From positions 17,403-81,402 of the forward strand of contig CAZJQC010000004.1 of NCBI GenBank assembly GCA_964548195.1: DNA of 64,000 bases. Reading direction: 5' to 3'. Below the pieces are notes generated by a model that did no database searches, was not told where the DNA came from, and saw nothing but the letters and a program-made list of their open reading frames with translations. Below are positions 57,491-64,000 of this stretch, one piece after another (the stretch's first letter is position 1; the number at the start of each line of letters is the position of its first letter). This DNA is from an uncultured bacterium. Its GTDB lineage: Bacteria > Macinerneyibacteriota > Macinerneyibacteria > Macinerneyibacteriales > DSCS01. Made by a program: the position numbers and the translations under genes.

Positions 57491-58457
57491 GCGGAATATA
57501 AACAGGGCGGCGCTGTTTCTCATAGCGCTGATCATCGCCGCGGTCGCGGCCAATTTTTTTGTCAAGCACCAGCTGGGCCGGGCGCCCGGGATCGCAGCGA
57601 TATGCGTGCACGGCAATATGGTCTATTTGACCGAGAACGAATATGTAAACGGCTACTCCATGGAGGGTGAACGGATATTCTCGTTCAAGTTTTCTTTTCT
57701 GCCCGACGCGTTTTTCTTTGCGGGGGATACGCCCGTTTTATATGATTACGAGATGGCGGCTTTCTTTAAGCTTGATGATTTTTTCAGGCCCGTGAAAAAA
57801 ATAGCTGCGGGTAAATACGATACGGTCTCCGTCCATGGGGGGCTCATATATTGCGTGTCCACCCATGAAAAGTCCATTGAGGTCTTTGATGTCTCGCTGC
57901 GCAGGACAGGACGTGTCGAAACGGAAAAGAAACCCTATTCGGTTTTTGTAAACGGGGGAGTGGAATATTATGCGGTTTATTCATCCAATGTGATGCGCTC
58001 CTTTGACGAAAAAGAGACACTGCGCCTGGACAGGCTTAAGGATTCAGGGACGGTAATAAAGGCATTGGCTAAGGACGGCAAGATACACATGGTCGTCTCC
58101 GATGAAAAGTTCTTTTCGGCGCGATATGCCGTGTATGAGCCCCTGAGAGGCCGCACCATGTTGTCGGATACCAAATATTATTATCCCGTCGACATGGCGA
58201 ATTTCAACGGGTATTACTTTATAACGGACAACACAAGGAACATCGTCGATGTGTATTCAGAGGACGACAAATATCTCTGCAGATTCGGGAATGAAAAATT
58301 TAAAAAGTCACATGATGTCATATTCAGATACAGAAAAAGACTTATTTACACGGGCGTTGTCATGAATATCCTGATCATAGCGGGATTTTTCGCCGCCATG
58401 GCTCTGTATGTGATCTCAAAGAACAGAGGAAGGAAAGATGCTGAGCGACAGACATAA
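57483..58457 (+). CDS. Membrane-anchored beta-propeller (NHL-like) hypothetical protein
   Basis: N- and C-terminal TM helices; YPVDM...YFITD...VY blade. Confidence 0.65.
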   Translation: MRERNINRAALFLIALIIAAVAANFFVKHQLGRAPGIAAICVHGNMVYLTENEYVNGYSMEGERIFSFKFSFLPDAFFFAGDTPVLYDYEMAAFFKLDDFFRPVKKIAAGKYDTVSVHGGLIYCVSTHEKSIEVFDVSLRRTGRVETEKKPYSVFVNGGVEYYAVYSSNVMRSFDEKETLRLDRLKDSGTVIKALAKDGKIHMVVSDEKFFSARYAVYEPLRGRTMLSDTKYYYPVDMANFNGYYFITDNTRNIVDVYSEDDKYLCRFGNEKFKKSHDVIFRYRKRLIYTGVVMNILIIAGFFAAMALYVISKNRGRKDAERQT

Positions 58458-58980
58458 GTCAGTGTTGCTCCGGCTTGCCCGTTCCGCGATCAGGGACATA
58501 TTGTACGAAGGTATCAGCGGACCCGGACGTCCGGATGACAAAATATTTGACAGTAAAGTCGGAGTGTTCGTAACGCTCTCGCTGGACGGTGCTCTTCGCG
58601 GCTGTATCGGCTATATCACGGGTGTGGAACCTTTGTGGGACGCCGTGCGCCGCATGGCGGAGGAAGCCGCCTTCGGCGATCCAAGATTTCCCTCTCTCAG
58701 CGCCGATGAGTTTGACAGGGTCCGGATAGAGATATCGGTGCTTTCCCCGCTGGAAGGGCCGCTCGCTCCGGAAAGCGATTTTTCCGGATACGGCATATAT
58801 ATAAGACGCGGCGGCCGTTCCGGCCTGCTGCTGCCCCAGGTGGCCCTGGAATACGGCTGGGATTCACACACGTTTTTGGAGCACACCTGCCTCAAAGCCG
58901 GCCTTCCCGGTGACTGCCACATGCAATCTGACACGGAAATATACAGGTTTGAAGCCGAGATATTTTCTGAAGGGGAATAA
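58438..58980 (+). CDS. amrA: AmmeMemoRadiSam system protein A (AMMECR1-like)
   Basis: GVFVTL, LRGCIG, AAFGDPRF, EISVLS, LLLPQV, CLKAG. Confidence 0.92.
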   Translation: MLSDRHKSVLLRLARSAIRDILYEGISGPGRPDDKIFDSKVGVFVTLSLDGALRGCIGYITGVEPLWDAVRRMAEEAAFGDPRFPSLSADEFDRVRIEISVLSPLEGPLAPESDFSGYGIYIRRGGRSGLLLPQVALEYGWDSHTFLEHTCLKAGLPGDCHMQSDTEIYRFEAEIFSEGE

Positions 58981-61088
58981 TGGGTCTGGAAAGCGGATAC
59001 ATATATTATCCTTCCGTTTACGGCGCGTCTCCCCGATATTCGGATATGATACCCGTGATATATTCCATGATGCTGAAAAAAATATCTGAGCGGGGAGGCA
59101 AGCCGCGTGCTCCGTTTATCGACAATGTGTTCGTGGCTCCGGCGCTTAAAAGGGAGTTCGGCCGGTTTGTCAAAAAAAAGCTCGGATTGGATGCCGACAT
59201 AAAAGAGTCCGCCTTTTTAAAGGCGGATATAGAGGGCTCTTTCACCCGTTTGATGGAAAAACTGGAACATTCCGGCCTGCTTAAAAGGGGGCTGAAAAAA
59301 CGGGGTTACTGTCCAAGGTGCAGGCGTCTTGCGGAGGACCATGAGACGTCTTATGTGAAAAAGCGCATGGTCATGCATGAGATCCGTATAAATGTGACGA
59401 ACAGCGCGGAACCCGTATATTTTACCGTGGCGGACCCCGTGGATGTCCTCAAGATCGCCGTTCTGGGGGTGCGCAATCTCGAAAAATACGAGGGAAAAGA
59501 AGCCATATTGCCCATATCCGGCAGGATGGCCGGGATACTCAGGGTGGAAGACCTCAGCAGGCCTGAATATTTTACCCGTTTCCGCACCATAGGCGGCGAC
59601 GTCCGTGATATGCCGGTAAAAGAAAACGAGATCCGTTACCTTAATCTTTGCATTGCAGACCCGGCGCGCCTGATCGCCGATCTTAAGAGTTACGGCGCCT
59701 ATGTGCAGAGCACGGAACAGGAATCCTCAGTATGGCAATGTTCCCGCTGCGGGTCAGTGCTCGAACCGGTGCTCGCGGAGCATTATTATGTTGAAAACGA
59801 CTCCGTCGACGGCATGCCGCTCAGGACGGGGACGGTCTATCTGAACACATTTTCAGAGACAGCGGCTGAATATGGAAAGGCCTACCGTTTCGCCGACAGA
59901 TTTTCGGCCGGCCGGGGCGCGAAAAAAAAAGGGTATTGTTCCCCGGAAATATTAAAATACCTTTATCCGTTTATCTACGGCAGAGACATCGCATATGTGG
60001 TCTGCAACAGGGACGACGCGGATGTGCTGCGGGAAAGGTTCAGACTGTTCGGCTCTGTTCTGAAAGCCGGACTTGAGACAGGCGTATGGGTGGAACTCAA
60101 CAGGCCTAGGACAGATCCGCCGCTGGCAAACATGGTCGCTCTGGAAAAATATTCAACGCTTAACGTGCTTTCGGACATCAGCTCAGACAGACTTAAACTC
60201 TACGATAAAGAGATAAACGCTTATATGAGAAAATGGGAGCCGGTATTCCGCGGCGTTGAAGACATAGTAAGCGATTTTGAGATCCGCACAGACTTTTATT
60301 TTGATAAGATGATGCTGACATCGTATGAAAAATTCATATTGTCCCAGGACGAGACAATCAGCCGGGGGGACATGTCCGGTTATGTAAGCAACCTGAAAAG
60401 CATAATGGATACCATGAATTTCTGGGTCTACCCTTATGTGAAGAAGATGGATCCCAGGGATGAGCCCGCGCTGTTTAAAAATTGCCTGTTTATGCATAAA
60501 GGCATATTGTCATATATCGCCGCTTTGCTCGGCAAGTCTGCGGCCGGGAAATTTCCGGTCTATAGAGAGGACTATAATTTTTCCGATGAACTCGAATCCG
60601 ACGCGGCCGTTATGGATGTCATAAACGGCATCACGGAAGGGCGCAGAATACTGGGCATCGCCGGTGGCAAGCCGGTCAACGTCGCCCTCTCATGCAGAAA
60701 CGGCGTGACCGAGGAAAAATTGACCACAAACAGAAAATTCATAGAAGGATTTCTAAACCTTAGCGAGATCAAATTCATCACAGAAAAGGAGATTGTTAAA
60801 CAGAGCCTCAGAATATCATCTGAAGATTCAGATATCTATCTCCCGGTGTTTGACAAGGCGGGCGTCAGGTCGAGGCTTTCTGAACTTGACGGGGAACTGA
60901 TGCGCCTGGATGATGCGATCGGGATGAAAAGACGCATGCTTTTTGATTATGACTATATTACCAAAGCCGATCCACACGCTGTCGAGGGGGAAAAGCAAAA
61001 AGTCTCGGAACTGTTGTCGCAAAAAGACAAGCTGCTCTTATATAAAAAAAGATTGCAGTCTCTATACGGAGAGGAAAAAGATGGCTGA
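58980..61088 (+). CDS. Degenerate valyl-tRNA synthetase paralogue lacking catalytic motifs
   Basis: ValRS-colinear segments GLLKRG...YCPRC, EGKEAILPISGR, SVWQCSRCGSVLEP, C-terminal coiled coil YITKADPHAVEGEKQK; no HIGH/KMSKS. Confidence 0.8.
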   Translation: MGLESGYIYYPSVYGASPRYSDMIPVIYSMMLKKISERGGKPRAPFIDNVFVAPALKREFGRFVKKKLGLDADIKESAFLKADIEGSFTRLMEKLEHSGLLKRGLKKRGYCPRCRRLAEDHETSYVKKRMVMHEIRINVTNSAEPVYFTVADPVDVLKIAVLGVRNLEKYEGKEAILPISGRMAGILRVEDLSRPEYFTRFRTIGGDVRDMPVKENEIRYLNLCIADPARLIADLKSYGAYVQSTEQESSVWQCSRCGSVLEPVLAEHYYVENDSVDGMPLRTGTVYLNTFSETAAEYGKAYRFADRFSAGRGAKKKGYCSPEILKYLYPFIYGRDIAYVVCNRDDADVLRERFRLFGSVLKAGLETGVWVELNRPRTDPPLANMVALEKYSTLNVLSDISSDRLKLYDKEINAYMRKWEPVFRGVEDIVSDFEIRTDFYFDKMMLTSYEKFILSQDETISRGDMSGYVSNLKSIMDTMNFWVYPYVKKMDPRDEPALFKNCLFMHKGILSYIAALLGKSAAGKFPVYREDYNFSDELESDAAVMDVINGITEGRRILGIAGGKPVNVALSCRNGVTEEKLTTNRKFIEGFLNLSEIKFITEKEIVKQSLRISSEDSDIYLPVFDKAGVRSRLSELDGELMRLDDAIGMKRRMLFDYDYITKADPHAVEGEKQKVSELLSQKDKLLLYKKRLQSLYGEEKDG

Positions 61089-62325
61089 ATCCAATAAGTA
61101 TCTGGAACTCTTGAATGTATTCAAGCTTATGAGCGAATCGCTTGATTTTGAATATATAAAATCCACCATAATCGAGCAGGCGAAAGCCGTGTTTGAGGCG
61201 GAAGCAAGCTCTTTGATCTTTCTGGACAAAGAGAAAGACGAACTTTTTTTTGAAGTCGCAACTGGCGAAAAAGGAAGCGCCTTGAAGGAGATCAGGTTTC
61301 CCGCGGACCAGGGGATCGCAGGGTGGGTCATAAAGAACAAAAAACCTCTGCTTGTCGCAGATGTCATGGAGGACGGACGCTTTTATCGGGAAGTGGATAA
61401 AAAATCGTCATTTGTCACTCGCTCGATCATGGGCACCCCCGTATGGATCGACGGAGAGGTGATCGGTTTGATAGAAGTGCTTAACCGGGTCGGCGGCGGC
61501 GTGTTTGAGGAAAAGGACTCGGGACTTTTGACCATCTTTGCCGACATGGCCGCGCTGAACCTGAAAAACGCCATGTGGCATAAGGACGCACTTGAAAAAG
61601 AACGGATGGAAAGCGATCTGCGCGTGGCCGGAGAGATACAGAAAAAACTGCTGCCCGATTCAGACATGCAGGTGCCCGGCTATGAATTTTTTTCCAAATA
61701 TAAGTCATGCAGAAGCGTGGGAGGCGATTATTACGATATTCTTGATTTCGGAGACGGTCGTTATCTCATAGTGATAGCGGATGTTTCCGGCAAAGGCGCT
61801 CCCGCGTCAATCGTGATGAGTTCGGTCAGAGCCTATTTAAGGTCCGCAGTCCGTTTCAAATTAAAACTGCATGAGATCATGAATATGGTGAACATTTATA
61901 CATGCGGGGATACCGAAGCGGGGAGATTCGTCACGATGGTCGCAGGGGAGCTCGACACAGCCTCCAATACCTTCCGGTACATCAATGCGGGGCATAATTA
62001 TCCCTTTATTATACCTCAGGGAGGGGCGCCCTCGGCATTGACGAGCAACGACATACCCGCCGGTATAGTGCCGGATTACGTCTATTCGGAATTTGAACTC
62101 AGTTTTGAAAAAGGGGACATGCTGGTGCTTTATACCGACGGCATAACCGAATCCGCGGATGAAAACGGCGTCATGTACGGCGACGGGGCGTTTGAAAAGG
62201 ATCTATGCGAATTTTCCCCCGGGAAATTGGATGGACTCGGGCACAGGCTGTTTTCCTCGGCTCTGGGCCTGTCGGGGGCGGTGCAGGCCGACGACATGAC
62301 GCTGCTTCTTCTGAGGAGAGTGTGA
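61081..62325 (+). CDS. GAF + PP2C/SpoIIE phosphatase (RsbU-like)
   Basis: GIAGWV GAF; VGGDYYD, IADVSGKG, NAGH, YTDGITE, DDMT. Confidence 0.93.
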   Translation: MAESNKYLELLNVFKLMSESLDFEYIKSTIIEQAKAVFEAEASSLIFLDKEKDELFFEVATGEKGSALKEIRFPADQGIAGWVIKNKKPLLVADVMEDGRFYREVDKKSSFVTRSIMGTPVWIDGEVIGLIEVLNRVGGGVFEEKDSGLLTIFADMAALNLKNAMWHKDALEKERMESDLRVAGEIQKKLLPDSDMQVPGYEFFSKYKSCRSVGGDYYDILDFGDGRYLIVIADVSGKGAPASIVMSSVRAYLRSAVRFKLKLHEIMNMVNIYTCGDTEAGRFVTMVAGELDTASNTFRYINAGHNYPFIIPQGGAPSALTSNDIPAGIVPDYVYSEFELSFEKGDMLVLYTDGITESADENGVMYGDGAFEKDLCEFSPGKLDGLGHRLFSSALGLSGAVQADDMTLLLLRRV

Positions 62326-62736
62326 ATGTCAAAGCTGCTCAGGATATCATTTCCCAGCAATACCGATTATCTGAGATGCATCGAGGCATTTTTTCAGAAT
62401 TTCATGAATATCAACGGTTTATACAAGTCGCTTGACGCAAACGATGTGTTTCTGGCCCTTATTGAGGGCGTGGTGAACGCGGTCAAGCATGGAAACAGGG
62501 GAGATACCCATAAAAATGTCACTCTTACATTGTCTTATGAGGGAGACCTGCTTAAAATTATAGTTGAGGACGGTGGCCACGGCTTTGACCCGGACGATGT
62601 GAAAGACCCCACCCATCCGGACAACATCAGTGTGCCGGGGGGCAGGGGTATATTTTTGATGAGACAGCTGATGGACGGGGTGGAGTACGAGTTCAATGAT
62701 GACGGCACCCGGCTGATAATGGTGAAAAATGTCTGA
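62326..62736 (+). CDS. Anti-sigma factor Ser/Thr kinase (RsbW-like)
   Basis: EGVVNAVKHGN, DGGHGFD, GRGIFLM. Confidence 0.92.
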   Translation: MSKLLRISFPSNTDYLRCIEAFFQNFMNINGLYKSLDANDVFLALIEGVVNAVKHGNRGDTHKNVTLTLSYEGDLLKIIVEDGGHGFDPDDVKDPTHPDNISVPGGRGIFLMRQLMDGVEYEFNDDGTRLIMVKNV

Positions 62737-62747
62737 CAGGGGGTTCC

Positions 62748-63095
62748 ATGGATTACAAAACGGAGTATAGCGACAGCGATAATATTGTTGCGGTAAGGTT
62801 CACGGGCAGTATAAACGTGAATGATGAGCCGCGCATAGTGGATATGGTGAAAAATGAATTCTTGTCCAAGGGTTGGATATATGTTATGTTCGACCTCAGT
62901 GAAATCGATTATATCGACAGCGCAGGCATGGGTTCTTTTCTCGCCGCGCGGTCGATACTGAACAACAGGAAAGGCGAACTGGTATTGATAAAACCTTCGG
63001 CGAAGATAGATAAAATACTCAGTTTGGCCGGATTTAACAAGATCTTCAAGATATTTTATGATGAATCGGAAGGGAGACGGAGAATAAAGCTATGA
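62748..63095 (+). CDS. STAS anti-sigma factor antagonist (RsbV-like)
   Basis: DLSEIDYIDSAGMG with phosphoacceptor Ser. Confidence 0.92.
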   Translation: MDYKTEYSDSDNIVAVRFTGSINVNDEPRIVDMVKNEFLSKGWIYVMFDLSEIDYIDSAGMGSFLAARSILNNRKGELVLIKPSAKIDKILSLAGFNKIFKIFYDESEGRRRIKL

Positions 63096-64000
63096 GAACG
63101 GTAAGAGACCTTTTATTGGAGAGTGCCGCAAAGCACGGCAGCAGGACAGCCTTACAGACATTGCGCAACGGTGATTATTATGCCGTTACTTTTTCCGATT
63201 TTTCAACCCTTGCCGGAAAAGTATCCGCTTTTCTCGCGGAACAGGGGCTCGCGACCGGCGACAGAGTCGGGATCTTGGGCGCAAACAGCCCGGAGTGGGC
63301 CATCGCCTACATGGCTTGCCAGATGCAGGGCTTTATAGCAATACCTATCGACAGGCTGCTTAAAACGGGGGAGATAAAGCATATAATATCAGACTCGGGG
63401 CTTAAAGTACTCTTTGCCGATGATAAGTATCTGGATGACATGGCGGCCATATCCAAGTCCCTTAATGCCCTGAAGCATGTATATCCGCTTACACCGGGAT
63501 ACGAGGACAATATCTATATGCTGGCTGAGAAATGCGCGGTGCCGGATACTCTTCCCGAAATCTCCCCGGATGCGCCGGCGGAATTCCTTTATACATCGGG
63601 GACTACCGGAAAGACAAAGGGTGTCATGCTCACCCATAGAAACCTTATTGCAAACGTGGAGAGTATAAATAAAAAACTGGAGATCAATTCCGAAGACAGG
63701 ATGCTCTCAATACTTCCCCTGCACCATGCCTATGAGGGAACGGCGGGATTTCTAGTCCCGGTCTCCAACGGCACGCTGATCACATTTTGCCCCTCTTTTC
63801 TGAGCAGGGACATCATACGTAGTATGAAGGATGTGGGTATTACCAAGATGATAGGAGTGCCTCTGATCTTCGAGAAGATGTACGAGGGCGTGGTAAAAAA
63901 CCTTGCCTCCGCAAAAGGCGCGAAAAAGGCCTTCATCAACATGCTTTTTCTTGCCGGCAGGGTCCGGAGGTTGTACGACAAAAGCCCCAACGGGACAAAA
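63092..64000 (+). CDS. Long-chain fatty acid-CoA ligase (AMP-binding), truncated by window end
   Basis: Hand-translated from ATG 63092: GDRVGILGANSPEW, YTSGTTGKTKGVMLTHRN, LPLHH. Confidence 0.9.
   Translation, partial: MRTVRDLLLESAAKHGSRTALQTLRNGDYYAVTFSDFSTLAGKVSAFLAEQGLATGDRVGILGANSPEWAIAYMACQMQGFIAIPIDRLLKTGEIKHIISDSGLKVLFADDKYLDDMAAISKSLNALKHVYPLTPGYEDNIYMLAEKCAVPDTLPEISPDAPAEFLYTSGTTGKTKGVMLTHRNLIANVESINKKLEINSEDRMLSILPLHHAYEGTAGFLVPVSNGTLITFCPSFLSRDIIRSMKDVGITKMIGVPLIFEKMYEGVVKNLASAKGAKKAFINMLFLAGRVRRLYDKSPNGTK

Noticed and set aside
58980..61088. Annotating as functional valS or as a pseudogene
   Set aside because: Catalytic motifs are absent, so it is not valS. The frame is intact over 2.1 kb and overlaps both neighbours, so it is not an evident pseudogene.
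1..64000. CRISPR arrays, tRNA/rRNA, IS elements, integron attC sites, prophage
   Set aside because: No spaced repeats, cloverleaf motifs, transposase, integrase or phage genes were seen by eye; the early small-gene cluster has gaps too short for attC sites.

Overview
A 64 kb chromosomal window from a probably diderm, anaerobic-capable bacterium (GC about half by eye; taxonomy not assignable from sequence alone). It is densely coding, with about 60 CDS, and I found no rRNA, tRNA, CRISPR array, transposase or integrase. The left third is accessory: an orphan type IV pilin, an APH(3')-like kinase, an ArsR/CadA metal efflux pair, the glycyl radical 4-hydroxyproline dehydratase HypD with its activase, a photolyase, a DJ-1/FG-GAP fusion and a hybrid kinase. 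The middle holds pit-DUF47-pit-trmB-ppnP, an HD-GYP/S2P/slt/patB operon, zur-znuACB, a PPIase, a GH13_18 phosphorylase and folP-ferredoxin-TPR-SNF2-AmrB. The right part holds a LytS/LytTR operon with 21-bp-periodic boxes, prfB (no frameshift)-mntP-tsaE-tsaB-rimI, and a final operon with its own promoter. The top candidate for an undescribed system is in that last operon: a 702-aa intact ORF that follows the valyl-tRNA synthetase scaffold but has lost HIGH, KMSKS and the editing motifs while keeping Zn knuckles and tRNA-binding domains. It overlaps an AMMECR1 gene upstream and an RsbU/RsbW/RsbV partner-switching module downstream. Many genes also appear to be transcribed leaderless. All family calls are motif recognition by eye, not database searches.
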